Assembly: GCA_963841415.1 (NCBI GenBank)
Contig: CAWJCN010000004.1
Span: forward strand, 403,038-467,037
Direction of reading: 5' to 3'
Length of the DNA: 64,000 bases
Origin: an uncultured Actinomycetes bacterium
Lineage (GTDB): Bacteria > Actinomycetota > Acidimicrobiia > IMCC26256 > DASPTH01
Shown here: positions 1-13,780 of the stretch, in pieces
How the letters are laid out: the number at the start of each line of letters is the position of its first letter
How positions within the stretch are numbered: position 1 is the stretch's first letter
Notes under the pieces: generated by a model
Seen by the model: the letters and a program-made list of their open reading frames with translations, nothing else
The model's database searches: none
What the model was told of the DNA's origin: nothing
Position numbers and translations under genes: made by a program

Positions 1-831
1 TGCGTCATGGTGAGCCCGGCAGGCGACGGTTCGATCGCGCAGTTCGTGACCCTCGAGCAGGGCACCTACGCGATCGACACCGGTGACGACGACGACCAGT
101 TCTTCTTCAAGAGCGTGTTCTCACGCGTCGAGCCGCTCGCGTCGTCGCGGCTCGTGATCGGCAACGAGTTCACCGACGACCTGCCCGACGCGATCCGCGC
201 CGGCGACGACATCACCCGTCAGATCACGCGCGTGGGCCAACAGCTCGCGTCCCTCGACCTGCTGCCCGCCGCGTTCCCGATCGAAGAGATCCTCTCCGAC
301 CGCGACCTGCGCCACGTGAAGCTGCTCTACGGCATCGGCGGACTGAGCTACGGCAACGTGAGCGCGCGCCGACTCGACCTGGAACCGGGTGAGACGCAAC
401 CGCAGTACTGGATGAGCGCGAGCGGTGTCGACAAGTCGGCGCTGCACGACATCGGGCGCGACATCCTGCTCGTGACCGGCTACGACGAAGCGCGTGACGT
501 CATGCAGCTGCGCGTCCCGGCCGGGGTGGAACCGCGGCGCGTGTCGGTCGACGCGATCGAGCACTGGATGATCTACCGCGAGCATCCGGAGGTGAAGGCG
601 ATCCTGCACGTGCACGCGTGGATCGAGGGCACCGTCGCCACGGAGATCAACTACCCCTGCGGCACGGTGGAGCTGGCGGAGTCGGTCGCCGAGCTCGTGC
701 GCCAGGCTCCGGACCCCAGCCGCGCCGTCGTCGGCCAGCGCAACCACGGCCTCACCATCACCGGCCACAGCCTCGACGAGATCTTCGTTCGCATCGACGG
801 CCGCATCGTCCGCAAGGTCCCCATGGACTGA
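1..831 (+). CDS. Class II aldolase/adducin-family protein (probably 5'-truncated by the window edge)
   Basis: Motifs LSYGNVSAR, WMSASGVDK, SVDAIEH, ILHVHAW and RNHG; the frame is open from base 1. Confidence 0.75.
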   Translation, partial: CVMVSPAGDGSIAQFVTLEQGTYAIDTGDDDDQFFFKSVFSRVEPLASSRLVIGNEFTDDLPDAIRAGDDITRQITRVGQQLASLDLLPAAFPIEEILSDRDLRHVKLLYGIGGLSYGNVSARRLDLEPGETQPQYWMSASGVDKSALHDIGRDILLVTGYDEARDVMQLRVPAGVEPRRVSVDAIEHWMIYREHPEVKAILHVHAWIEGTVATEINYPCGTVELAESVAELVRQAPDPSRAVVGQRNHGLTITGHSLDEIFVRIDGRIVRKVPMD

Positions 832-873
832 CCGTCGGCCGGCGGTTCACCGCGGGTCCCAGGATTCATTGCA

Positions 874-902
874 CCGTCGAACACCTCTGATGTGTTCGAC
901 GG
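874..902. terminator. Hairpin between convergent genes (terminator or REP-like palindrome)
   Basis: Perfect 11-bp stem CCGTCGAACAC-ctctgat-GTGTTCGACGG; no U-tract. Confidence 0.5.
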
Positions 903-911
903 CACGATGAA

Positions 912-1856
912 TCATGCGGCTTCGGACAGGGCGTCGCGCAACCAGCGCTCGACGCGCGCCGGTTCACGCGTGCAAGTGGTCCATGTGACCGGCAGGATCC
1001 GCCAGCGCGCCGCGGCAAACTCGGCGAGGCGCGCCCGATCAGGCGAGAACGCCGAACGTGTGCCGTGGTGCTCCCAGCCGTCGCACTCGAGTCCGACCTT
1101 CTGCTCGGGCCAGGCGAAGTCGAGCCGGTAGCGGCCGCCGGGGAGCGAGACCCAGAACTGGCGTCGCGGCACAGGGACGCCCGAGCGCTCGACGAGGAGC
1201 CAAACCTTTGCCTCGAGGGTCGACTCGAGCGCCGGCACTGCGCCTCGATCCGCGAGAAGATCCGCGAGACGGCCCACGCCGGGACGACCGGACTTCCGGA
1301 GCACTTCCGCCCGGCGAAGAAGGCGTTCCGGCGTGCACAGACGCCGCCGGAACGCCGCCTCGGCGGCCGCGAGCAGTCGTGCATCCTCCATGCGGGCCGA
1401 CAGGTCGAGCAGCGTGCGCGTCGGCGTCGTGATCGGGATCGACCCGACTTTCGTTCTGTCGGCCCGGTCCAGCCGGAGGCCGCGATGAAGCACCAAACCG
1501 TCGAGAGCGCTTCGACGCGCCGACGACACCCAGAGCTCGATCCCCTTCGAACGGACACCGTCGAGCTCCCAGAGGAGCCCGGCAGTGCCGTGCGAGACGA
1601 GGGCGCCGTCGCCCGCGTAGAGCGCGGCGGCCATCGATGACTGGTGCAGCGTCAGCGCTGCTCCGACGATCCGATACACACCCCGATATGCGACCTCCCA
1701 CACCCGCTTCGTGATCCGGAACTGGATCTGGCGGGCGGTGAAGCCAACCTCCATCGCTTGCCGGCGAGAGAAGACCCCGTGTTGCGCGTCAGCGATCGCC
1801 GCGATCCTGGCGTCGCCGGATTCATTGTTCGCCCGAACACACCCAGTGTCGTCCAT
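912..1856 (-). CDS. AbiEi-family antitoxin-like N-terminal domain plus DUF559/Vsr-like endonuclease domain
   Basis: N-terminal AQHGVFSRRQA...RGVY; middle TTPTRTLLDL; C-terminal ES.LE...RLDFAWP...ECDGWEHH. Confidence 0.8.
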   Translation of the reverse strand: MDDTGCVRANNESGDARIAAIADAQHGVFSRRQAMEVGFTARQIQFRITKRVWEVAYRGVYRIVGAALTLHQSSMAAALYAGDGALVSHGTAGLLWELDGVRSKGIELWVSSARRSALDGLVLHRGLRLDRADRTKVGSIPITTPTRTLLDLSARMEDARLLAAAEAAFRRRLCTPERLLRRAEVLRKSGRPGVGRLADLLADRGAVPALESTLEAKVWLLVERSGVPVPRRQFWVSLPGGRYRLDFAWPEQKVGLECDGWEHHGTRSAFSPDRARLAEFAAARWRILPVTWTTCTREPARVERWLRDALSEAA

Positions 1857-1883
1857 CCGCCAATGAAATCGGAGGGGTGTGAC
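1857..1883 (-). promoter_or_regulatory. GTCACACCC-type promoter (putative -26 element plus weak -10, leaderless)
   Basis: GTC-ACACCCCTCCGA-TTTCAT-N6-ATG; same architecture as the sites before ligA and ORF 18604. Confidence 0.5.
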
Positions 1884-1937
1884 GCTCATCGGGCGGCGTG
1901 CGCGACGAGTGAGCGTCGGGCGCGCTCACCTCGGCGG

Positions 1938-3404
1938 CTACGAGCCGAGCTTCTGGTCGAGAAGTTGGTTGACGACCTGGGGGTTCCCGCTCCCCCGCAG
2001 AGCCTTCATGACTTCGCCGGTGAGGAAGCCGCGCTTCTTCTTCCGGACCTTGTCGTCGCCGGACCGATAGTCGGCGACCGCGTCTGCGTTGTCGGCGAGC
2101 ACCTGGTCGACGACGACTTCGATCGCGCCGGCATCGCTGACCTGCGCCAGGCCGCGCTCGGCCACCACCTGCTTCGGACGCTTGGCCTCGCTGAGGCACT
2201 CTCCGAGCACGTCCTTGGCCTGGTTGCGCGAGATGGTGCCGGCCTCGACCAGCCCCACGAGCTCCGCGAGTCCGTCGGGCGAGAGCGCGAGCACGACCGG
2301 CGACAGCCCGGTCTCGTTGAGGTGGCCGAGCACGTCGCCGTTGGCCCACTTCACAACGTCGCGCGCGGTGCCGCCGTCGAGCGCCGCGACCGCGGCCTCC
2401 GCATAGTCGGCGAGACCCTCGGTGCCGAGCAGGACGCGCGCTTCGGCGTCGCTGATCCTCCACTCGTCCTGCAACCGGGCGCGCCGGGCGGCCGGGAGCT
2501 CGGGCATCGACGACTGCACCGCGGCGCGCATGGCGTCGGTGGGCGCGACCGGCACGAGGTCCGGTTCCGGGAAGTAGCGGTAGTCCGACGACCCTTCCTT
2601 GGTGCGCATCGAGTGCGTGCGCCCGTCGGCTTCGTCCCAGTGGCGGGTCTCCTGGACGATGCGCTCACCGGCGTCGAGTGCAGTGGTCTGCCGCTCGATC
2701 TCGTACTCGATGGCCCGGCCGAGCGACCGCAGCGAGTTCATGTTCTTGACCTCGACCTTGGTGCCGAGCTCCGAGGCCCCGACCGGACGCACCGACACGT
2801 TGGCGTCGACGCGCATCGAGCCCTCTTCCATCTTGACGTCGGACACGCCGATGGCCTGGAGGACCGCGCGCAGCTCACTGACGTACTCGCGCGCCTGCTC
2901 GGCACTCTGGATGTCGGGGCGGCTCACGATCTCCATGAGCGGTACGCCGGCGCGGTTGTAGTCGACCAACGAGTGGTCGGCCTCGTGGATGCGACCTCCG
3001 CCACCGACGTGCTGCGTCTTGCCGGTGTCTTCCTCGAGGTGCGCGCGCTCGATCCCGACGCGCCCGCCGCCGACGTCGAGAGAGCCATCCACCGTGATCG
3101 GTTCGTCGTACTGCGAGACCTGGTAGTCCTTGGGCATGTCGGGATAGAAGTAGTTCTTGCGCGAGAAGGTCGACTGCTCGGGGACGCGCAGGTCGACAGC
3201 CTCCGCGAAGCGCAGCGCGTACTCCACTGCGCGCTCGTTGAGCACCGGCAAGGAACCGGGCAGGCCGAGGCACACCGGGCACACGTGCGTGTTGGGCTCG
3301 GCACCGAACTCGTTGGGACAGCCGCAGAACAACTTCGTCGCCGTCGCCAACTCGCAGTGCACCTCGAGCCCGATGACCGGTTCGTAACTCTCGCTCACGC
3401 TCAC
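1938..3404 (-). CDS. gatB: Asp/Glu-tRNA amidotransferase subunit B
   Basis: [41 protein letters not shown]; GTG start overlaps the gatA stop. Confidence 0.97.
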   Translation of the reverse strand: MSVSESYEPVIGLEVHCELATATKLFCGCPNEFGAEPNTHVCPVCLGLPGSLPVLNERAVEYALRFAEAVDLRVPEQSTFSRKNYFYPDMPKDYQVSQYDEPITVDGSLDVGGGRVGIERAHLEEDTGKTQHVGGGGRIHEADHSLVDYNRAGVPLMEIVSRPDIQSAEQAREYVSELRAVLQAIGVSDVKMEEGSMRVDANVSVRPVGASELGTKVEVKNMNSLRSLGRAIEYEIERQTTALDAGERIVQETRHWDEADGRTHSMRTKEGSSDYRYFPEPDLVPVAPTDAMRAAVQSSMPELPAARRARLQDEWRISDAEARVLLGTEGLADYAEAAVAALDGGTARDVVKWANGDVLGHLNETGLSPVVLALSPDGLAELVGLVEAGTISRNQAKDVLGECLSEAKRPKQVVAERGLAQVSDAGAIEVVVDQVLADNADAVADYRSGDDKVRKKKRGFLTGEVMKALRGSGNPQVVNQLLDQKLGS

Positions 3405-4816
3405 GACGACTCCAGCACGCGCGCCACTCGGAACATCACCGGCTCGCCCAGTGCCGGCGCCAACACCTGGACGCCGACCGGAAGACCCGCCTCGCCGGTG
3501 CCGTACGGCACGCTGATGGCGGCGTGGCCGGCCAGGTTGGTGGGGATCGTGCACACGTCGGAGAGGTACATCGCGAGCGGGTCGGCGGATCGGGCGCCGA
3601 GCTCGAACGCGACCGTGGGCGACGTCGGCGACAGCAGCGCGTCGAAGTTCTCGTAGGCGCGCGCGAAGTCGCGGATGATCAATGTGCGCACGCGCTGCGC
3701 TTGGCCGTAGAACGCGTCGTAGTACCCCGCCGAGAGTGCATAGGTGCCGAGCATGATGCGACGCTTCACCTCGGCACCGAATCCTGCATCGCGCGTCCGG
3801 GCGTTCATGGTGGCGACATCGTCGCCGTCGACACGGAGCCCGTAGCGCACGCCGTCGTAGCGGGCGAGGTTCGACGACGCCTCAGCCGGTGCGATCACGT
3901 AGTAGGCCGAGAGCCCGTAGCGCGCACTCGGCACGCTCACCCGGTCGACGGTGGCGCCGGCCTTCTCGAGCGCACGCGCGGCGCGGTCGACGGCGTCGAG
4001 CACGTCGGGCTGGAAACCGTCACCCTCGACCAGCTCGTCGACGATTGCGATGCGCAGCCCCTCGACGCCCCGGTCGACGACCGGGAGCAACGGCTCGTAG
4101 CGCGCGTCGATCGACGTGGAGTCCATCGGATCGTGACCGGCGATCACGTCGAGCAGCACCGCGGCGTCGCTGACCGTCGTCGCGAACGGACCGATCTGGT
4201 CGAGTGAGCTCGCGAACGCCACCAACCCATAGCGCGACACGAGCCCGTAGGTCGGCTTCACGCCGACGACGCCGCAGAGCGCGGCGGGCTGGCGGATCGA
4301 CCCGCCGGTGTCGGAGCCGAGTGCGAGCGGCGCGTACTGGGCCGCCACCGCGGCGGCCGAGCCACCGCTCGACCCGCCCGGGACGCGCGACGGGTCACGC
4401 GGGTTGCGGGTGGGACCGAACGCCGAGTTCTCCGTGGACGAGCCCATGGCGAACTCGTCGAGGTTGGTCTTCGCCACGGGGACCGCGCCGGCCGCGAGCA
4501 CACGCTCCACCACGGTCGCGGTGTACGGCGGACGCCACCCCTCGAGGATCTTCGACGAGCACGTGGTGGACACCCCTCGCGTGCAGAGGTTGTCCTTCAG
4601 CGCGATCGGCACACCGGCGAGAGGACCGGGGTCGTCGCCGCCCGCGACGGTGTCATCGATCCCGTCGGCGACCTCGCGCGCCGAGTCCGCCATGACGAGG
4701 TTGCAGGCGTTGAGCTCGCCGTCGCGCGCGGCGATGGTCGCGAGGTGCTCGTCGACAATTTCGCGCGCGGAGCGCGACCCGCCGCGCACCGCCGCCGCGA
4801 GCTCGATGGCGGTCAT
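3401..4816 (-). CDS. gatA: Asp/Glu-tRNA amidotransferase subunit A
   Basis: Amidase signature [11 protein letters not shown] and [21 protein letters not shown]; gatCAB order. Confidence 0.97.
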   Translation of the reverse strand: MTAIELAAAVRGGSRSAREIVDEHLATIAARDGELNACNLVMADSAREVADGIDDTVAGGDDPGPLAGVPIALKDNLCTRGVSTTCSSKILEGWRPPYTATVVERVLAAGAVPVAKTNLDEFAMGSSTENSAFGPTRNPRDPSRVPGGSSGGSAAAVAAQYAPLALGSDTGGSIRQPAALCGVVGVKPTYGLVSRYGLVAFASSLDQIGPFATTVSDAAVLLDVIAGHDPMDSTSIDARYEPLLPVVDRGVEGLRIAIVDELVEGDGFQPDVLDAVDRAARALEKAGATVDRVSVPSARYGLSAYYVIAPAEASSNLARYDGVRYGLRVDGDDVATMNARTRDAGFGAEVKRRIMLGTYALSAGYYDAFYGQAQRVRTLIIRDFARAYENFDALLSPTSPTVAFELGARSADPLAMYLSDVCTIPTNLAGHAAISVPYGTGEAGLPVGVQVLAPALGEPVMFRVARVLESS

Positions 4817-4893
4817 CCTCTTCCGCTCTCGATGCTTCGCAACTGCTCCACCTTCGGCGAGCTCAGGCCACGCTTCGCTGCGCTCGCGCTCAC
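4813..4893 (-). repeat. MIRU-like intergenic element encoding a 26-aa relay mini-ORF
   Basis: GTG overlaps the gatC stop (GTGA) and TGA overlaps the gatA start (ATGA); shares GCAGCGAAG(G)CGTGGCC with the elements at 25477 and 49837. Confidence 0.7.
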
Positions 4894-5186
4894 GGGGCGT
4901 CGAGGATGCGCGGGACGCGGAAGCGACCGTCCTCGGAAGCGGGCGCCATCGCCAGCACCTCGTCGCGCGGCAGGCTGGGGCGCACGTGGTCGGCGCGCAA
5001 CACGTTGACGACGGGCAGCGGGTGCGCGGTGGGTGGCACGTCGTGGGTGTCGAGCGCGGCGATCTGGGCGGCGTGCTCGAGGATCACCTCGAGCTGCGCG
5101 GTGAAGTGCTCGATCTCGTCGTCGGTGAGCGCGAGTCGCGCCAGCGTCGCGACATGATCGACGTCGGCGCGCGTGAGACGGGACAC
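4890..5186 (-). CDS. gatC: Asp/Glu-tRNA amidotransferase subunit C
   Basis: [15 protein letters not shown]...FRVPRIL, 98 aa; TAGACT -10 box 7 nt before the GTG. Confidence 0.95.
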   Translation of the reverse strand: MSRLTRADVDHVATLARLALTDDEIEHFTAQLEVILEHAAQIAALDTHDVPPTAHPLPVVNVLRADHVRPSLPRDEVLAMAPASEDGRFRVPRILDAP

Positions 5187-5231
5187 GACCACGAGTCTAG
5201 GAGTCGCACCCTCTTGGCTACGATGCCGATC

Positions 5232-5633
5232 GTGGCCACCTACCCGTTCCTCTCCGACGAGTGGCTCGTGGCCGTACGTGAGATCGTCGATGCGCGCGAC
5301 CTCGACATCCCGCCCCACGCGGAGCTCACGATGAACCTCGTGGTGACCGAGACGCCGTTCGGCGACGACCGTCGGTTGCACGTCGGCACCCGCGACGGCA
5401 AGGCCGACTGGGGATCGGGTCACGCCACCGACGCCGACCTCACGCTCACCACCGACTACGCGACGGCGCGGGACATCTTCATGAGCGGCAACGCGCAGGC
5501 GGGGATGCAGGCGTTCATGGAGGGTCGGGTCAAGGTGCAGGGTGATCTCACCAAGCTGATGGCCGCGCAGGTCGCCGGCACCGGCCCGGGCGCCCCCGGC
5601 CTGGCCGAGGCGCTGTCGACCATCACGGAGTAG
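5232..5633 (+). CDS. SCP2 sterol-binding-domain protein
   Basis: YPFLSDEW...QAFMEGRVKVQGDLTKLM; TACGAT -10 box 7 nt before GTG 5232. Confidence 0.85.
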   Translation: MATYPFLSDEWLVAVREIVDARDLDIPPHAELTMNLVVTETPFGDDRRLHVGTRDGKADWGSGHATDADLTLTTDYATARDIFMSGNAQAGMQAFMEGRVKVQGDLTKLMAAQVAGTGPGAPGLAEALSTITE

Positions 5634-5826
5634 CGGGGGCCTCGGCTTCCAGCTCCGCCGCCCTGACCGGCGCGAAGAAGGTCGACGGGTCGAGCGCGTC
5701 GGGTCGCGGCTCGGCGGCCAGCGCGCCCATAGGCCCGGGTCCCGGGCGTCCGGGGGCACGGCCGTAGCCGCTCGCCGGGCGGCACGGACCGGGTCTGATG
5801 GTCGCGCCGTGCGCGGGTCGCCTCAT
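5623..5826 (-). CDS. Possible small hypothetical protein (67 aa)
   Basis: GGAGG Shine-Dalgarno before ATG 5826; fills an otherwise empty gap; no recognisable motif. Confidence 0.25.
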   Translation of the reverse strand: MRRPAHGATIRPGPCRPASGYGRAPGRPGPGPMGALAAEPRPDALDPSTFFAPVRAAELEAEAPATP

Positions 5827-5913
5827 GGGATCCTCCAACCTTCCGCCCGGGAAGGACGCCCGCCGCGTCCCTCCCCGCACCAGACGACGCGTCGGGCGAC
5901 GCGTCACGCTCCT

Positions 5914-6840
5914 TCAGTCGAATCGGTACTGAGGCTGCCCGTGGGACCCTTCCGCGAGCGGGATCCGCGACTCGAGCTCGCCCGCCCGACGCGCCAGCTC
6001 GGCGACCGTCCAGCGATCGCCGTGCTCGATCACCTCGGCCAGCGTCCAGGTCTGCACTCGCTGCACGAGTCCGCCGCGCACGACGAACGTCTCACCGGTG
6101 ATCGTGCACTCGGCGGTGCTGAGGTACGCGACGAACGGTGAGACGTTCGCGGGCGACCACTCGTCGAACGTCCCGTCGTCGGGCGCCCCGATCGCGTCTC
6201 CGAGTCCAGGCGTCGACAACGTGAGCCGCGTTCGCGCGCCCGGTGCGATGGCGTTGGCGCGCACGCCGTAGCGCACGAGCTCCTTCGCCATCACCTGCGT
6301 CAGCGTCGCGATCCCCGACTTGGCCGCGTCGTAGTTGGCCTGACCGGGGTTCGAGAACAACCCCGACGTCGACGTGGTGTTCACGATCGCCGCGTTGACA
6401 TCGCGACCCGACTTCGTCTGCTCGCGCCAGTGGTTCGCGGCGAAGTGCGATGGTGCGAAGTGTCCCTTCAGGTGCACGCGCACCACCGAGTCCCACTCGT
6501 CCTCGGTCATGTTCACGACCACGCGGTCGCGCAGGATCCCGGCGTTGTTCACGAGCACGTGCAGGTCACCGAACACGTCGATCGCCTGCTCGACGAGACG
6601 GCGGGCGCCATCCCAGTCGGCGACGTTCTCGCCGTTCACGACCGCCTCGCCGCCCATGGCACGGATGTCGTCGACGGTCTGCTGCGCGGGTGTGGCGTCG
6701 GCACCACCGCCCTGCTGATCGCCGCCCAGGTCGTTGACCACGACCTTGGCGCCCTCCTGCGCGAACAGCAGCGCGTGTTCGCGTCCGAGCCCGCGCCCCG
6801 CGCCGGTGATGATGGCCACGCGGCCGTCGAGTGCACCCAT
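5914..6840 (-). CDS. SDR-family oxidoreductase
   Basis: TGAGRGLG, NNAGILRD and YDAAK motifs. Confidence 0.92.
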   Translation of the reverse strand: MGALDGRVAIITGAGRGLGREHALLFAQEGAKVVVNDLGGDQQGGGADATPAQQTVDDIRAMGGEAVVNGENVADWDGARRLVEQAIDVFGDLHVLVNNAGILRDRVVVNMTEDEWDSVVRVHLKGHFAPSHFAANHWREQTKSGRDVNAAIVNTTSTSGLFSNPGQANYDAAKSGIATLTQVMAKELVRYGVRANAIAPGARTRLTLSTPGLGDAIGAPDDGTFDEWSPANVSPFVAYLSTAECTITGETFVVRGGLVQRVQTWTLAEVIEHGDRWTVAELARRAGELESRIPLAEGSHGQPQYRFD

Positions 6841-6888
6841 CGTCGACCCCCTCGTCGTGCGGGGAGACTAGACGTGTGGCGGCCTCAT

Positions 6889-8760
<1,872 letters not shown>

Positions 8761-8837
8761 CGGCTCACGGTACCGGCCGCATCTCGCTGATCCGCGGCAC
8801 GCAGCGTGGCGACGGAAACGAGCGGGGCAGGCCCAGT

Positions 8838-8876
8838 GGCTCACCGCGGGCCGGATATCCCGGCTCGCAGTGAGCC
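8838..8876. repeat. REP-like palindrome (GCGAGCCGGG..CCGGCTCGC family)
   Basis: GGCTCACCGCGGGCCGG-ATATC-CCGGCTCGCAGTGAGCC; related cores near 10727, 21283 and 25516. Confidence 0.65.
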
Positions 8877-8909
8877 GACCGAAGAGTGGCGGCGTTAGCC
8901 TCGCTGGTG

Positions 8910-9395
8910 ATGGTCGATTCCCCTGCTGCCGCCACCCGGTCGGCACGCCGGAGGTTGTTCAGGCACCCCGGCCGGGTGGCGATCATCGCGGTCACGTTGC
9001 TCGTGGTGTTGAACCTCAGCATCATCCTCCTGAACGAATCGGACACGTCGACCGGCACCAGCAACCCGCTGCCGGCCACGGTCGAGTCGGTCGCCCCCGA
9101 GCCCGGGTCGATCGCGAGCCCGATCGACACCGTCGTCGTCGACCTCGACAACAGCCTCACCGGCGTGCTGCTCATCAAGCAGGAGGGAACCGGTTACGTC
9201 GAGATCCCCGAAGACCAACTCGACCGGGTCGTCGGGCTCGGTCAGGTCGCGTTCCGGCCCGGGCCGGACAAGGAGATCACCCGCTTCCAGCCGGGGACGG
9301 TCGACGTGGTCGTCCTGTTCTGGTCGAAGACGCGCCCCGGCGGCCGGCCGAAGCACCCCGCGAGCTACTCGTGGAGCTTCGAGGTCAAAGCGTGA
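8910..9395 (+). CDS. Membrane-anchored hypothetical protein with Ig-like/CopC-like extracellular domain
   Basis: N-terminal TM helix, VESVAPEPGS and C-terminal YSWSFEV; TAGCCT -10 box upstream. Confidence 0.7.
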   Translation: MVDSPAAATRSARRRLFRHPGRVAIIAVTLLVVLNLSIILLNESDTSTGTSNPLPATVESVAPEPGSIASPIDTVVVDLDNSLTGVLLIKQEGTGYVEIPEDQLDRVVGLGQVAFRPGPDKEITRFQPGTVDVVVLFWSKTRPGGRPKHPASYSWSFEVKA

Positions 9396-9422
9396 GCGTG
9401 AGCATGAGCGCGAGCGGAACCG

Positions 9423-10424
9423 TCAGGTCATCTGGAGGATCGCGGCGCCGCGCACGGCATCGTTCCTGATCGCGAGCAGCGCGTCGTTCGCCGCCCCGAG
9501 CGGGAACACGTCGTACTCCACGCGAATCCCCGCGACGCCGGCGAGGTCCATGAACTCCTGCGCGTCGGCGCGGGTCATGTTGGCAACCGAACGCAGCGTG
9601 CGCTCGTGCCAGAGCAGCTCGTACGGCATCGAGGGAAGGTCGCTCATGTGGATGCCGGCCAGCGCGACGGTGCCGCCGGCGCGCACTGCACCCAGCGCCA
9701 CCGGTACCAGCTCACCGGCAGGCGCGAACACCACCGCGCGGTCGCACGGTTGTGGTGGCGCATCGGCGGCGTCGCCCACCCAGGTCGCGCCGAGCTCACG
9801 CGCGAGCTCGCGGTGGTGCTCACCGCGTGTCATGACAACGACCTCGCAACCCCAGTGCCGGAGCACCTGCAGCGCGAGGTGGGCCGAGGCACCGAAGCCG
9901 AGCAGCGCGACGCGCTCGCCGGGCTGCACCTCGGCGCGCCGCAGCGCCCGGTAGCCGATCACGCCCGCGCACAGGAGCGGCGCGGCACTGAGGTCGTCGA
10001 GCCTCGCGGGGAGCCGGACCGCGAAGTCCTCGGGAACGACGACCGCGTCGGCGAAGCCGCCGTCGACCGTCCAGCCGGTGAACTCGGCCGCCACGCACAG
10101 GTTCTCCTCGCCCCGCACGCAGAACTCGCACACGCCGCACGTCCGGTGCAGCCATGCGACGCCGACGCGGTCGCCGGGCGCGAACTGCGTGCAACCGGCC
10201 CCGAGCGCGTCGACGGCTCCGACCGCCTGGTGTCCGGGAACGACGGGAAGAACTGGCAGCGCGAGGTCGCCCTCGACGACGTGGAGGTCGGTGCGGCAGC
10301 AGGCGCACGCGTGCACGCGCACCCGGACCTCACGAGGACCCGGTTCGGGATCGGTGCGCTCGACGGCCGCGAGCGGTCGCGTCGCGATCGGCGCCGCGGC
10401 CGACAGCTGCTGTGCGCGCATCAC
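9423..10424 (-). CDS. Zinc-dependent alcohol dehydrogenase
   Basis: CRTDLH, PGHQ, CGVCEFC...C zinc site, GFGASA. Confidence 0.92.
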   Translation of the reverse strand: MMRAQQLSAAAPIATRPLAAVERTDPEPGPREVRVRVHACACCRTDLHVVEGDLALPVLPVVPGHQAVGAVDALGAGCTQFAPGDRVGVAWLHRTCGVCEFCVRGEENLCVAAEFTGWTVDGGFADAVVVPEDFAVRLPARLDDLSAAPLLCAGVIGYRALRRAEVQPGERVALLGFGASAHLALQVLRHWGCEVVVMTRGEHHRELARELGATWVGDAADAPPQPCDRAVVFAPAGELVPVALGAVRAGGTVALAGIHMSDLPSMPYELLWHERTLRSVANMTRADAQEFMDLAGVAGIRVEYDVFPLGAANDALLAIRNDAVRGAAILQMT

Positions 10425-10758
10425 GCCATCTCCATCGGGCGTTCGCTCCTCGCCGGGCCGCTCATCGGATCGGCCAACTCGCTCTCGCTCACGCCATCTC
10501 CATCGGGCGTTCGCTACTCGCCGGGCCGCTCATCGGATTGACCAGCTCGCTCTCGCTCACACCATCTCCATCGGGCGTTCGCTACTCGCCGGGCCGCTCA
10601 TCGGATCGGCCAAACTCGCTCTCGCTCACGCCATCTCCATCGGGCGTTCGCTACTCGCCGGGCCGCTCATCGGATCGGCCAACTCGCTCTCGCTCACGCC
10701 ATCTCCATCGGGCGTTCGCTACTCGCCGGGATACCCGGCTCGCTCACGCTCACGCCAT
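10421..10758 (-). repeat. Tandem array of 68-bp MIRU-like units (4 full units plus 1 variant), each a mini-ORF
   Basis: Units start at 10421, 10489, 10557 (69 bp), 10626 and 10694; the minus strand reads MSESELADPMSGPASSERPMEMA* with GTGA stop/start overlaps. Confidence 0.9.
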
Positions 10759-11174
10759 CAGGGGACGACGAACGTGGCCTCACCCTTGATCGCGGCGCCA
10801 CCCGACGCGGCTCTCGTGCAGAGGAGGTCGACGTCGACCTTGTGCTCGCCGCCGTCCTCGTACTTGCGGGTGACGGTGCCGGAGCACACGACGGTGTCAC
10901 CGGGCCACACCTGCTCGCGGAATTGCACCGAGTACCGGCGCACGTTCGCAGCGCCCAGCCAGTCGGTGGCGAAGCCGGCAAGGATTCCGGCCTGCAGCAT
11001 GCCGACCGAGAACACCGACGGGTATCCCGCCGACTTGGCGAACTCCTCGTCGTGGTGGATCGGGTTGAAGTCACCAGAAGCGCCCTGGTACTTCACCATG
11101 TCGGTCCGGCTGATCGGCCCGTACTCGCGCGTGTCGGGGGCGCTCCCCTCCTGCAAGTCGTCCCAGGTTTGCAT
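10758..11174 (-). CDS. MaoC-family dehydratase (catalytic subunit)
   Basis: Hydratase motif YQGASGDFNPIHHD; TGATG coupling with the upstream gene. Confidence 0.88.
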   Translation of the reverse strand: MQTWDDLQEGSAPDTREYGPISRTDMVKYQGASGDFNPIHHDEEFAKSAGYPSVFSVGMLQAGILAGFATDWLGAANVRRYSVQFREQVWPGDTVVCSGTVTRKYEDGGEHKVDVDLLCTRAASGGAAIKGEATFVVP

Positions 11175-11626
11175 CACGATCCCTCCGTCGCGGGCTTGCC
11201 CGTCTCGATCATCGTCGTGCGCGACTCGGCAACGACCTTGCCGGTCTGGTCCTTGTACTCGGTGACCATCTCGGCGAAGCGCATGGTGCCGCCGCGCTTG
11301 CCCTCCTTCTCGTAGATCTTGTCGATCCACGATTCCGTGCTGATGACGTCGCCCGCCTTCGGGGGCGATCCGTGGAACACGAATTCCTGCCCGCCGTGCA
11401 GCAGCCGGGCCAGGTTGATGTTGAGGGACGCGGCTGGGTTCGGGAGGTCGGCCGGCGCCCAGAAGCCCGAGGCGATCAGCCACGTCGGCTCGATCACCGG
11501 CGCGGGGTCGTCGAGGTAGTCGGGGTTGGTCGTCATCGTCGCCCGTGCGAACTCCCGGATCTTCCCGCGCTCGATCGGGAACGTGTACCCGGGAAACCGC
11601 TTTCCGATCACCGAGTCGTCAACCAT
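11174..11626 (-). CDS. MaoC-like (FAS1-type) dehydratase partner subunit
   Basis: IERGKIREFARA and LLHGGQEF hot-dog motifs. Confidence 0.85.
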   Translation of the reverse strand: MVDDSVIGKRFPGYTFPIERGKIREFARATMTTNPDYLDDPAPVIEPTWLIASGFWAPADLPNPAASLNINLARLLHGGQEFVFHGSPPKAGDVISTESWIDKIYEKEGKRGGTMRFAEMVTEYKDQTGKVVAESRTTMIETGKPATEGS

Positions 11627-11662
11627 CTCTCTCCCGTGGTCCGTGGATGCGCCCGGAGGCTA

Positions 11663-13780
<2,118 letters not shown>

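Noticed and set aside
912-1856. Complete type IV (AbiE) toxin-antitoxin system
   Set aside because: No AbiEii nucleotidyltransferase gene is adjacent
10421-10758. Possible CRISPR array
   Set aside because: Units are near-identical along their full length with no unique spacers, and no cas genes are present
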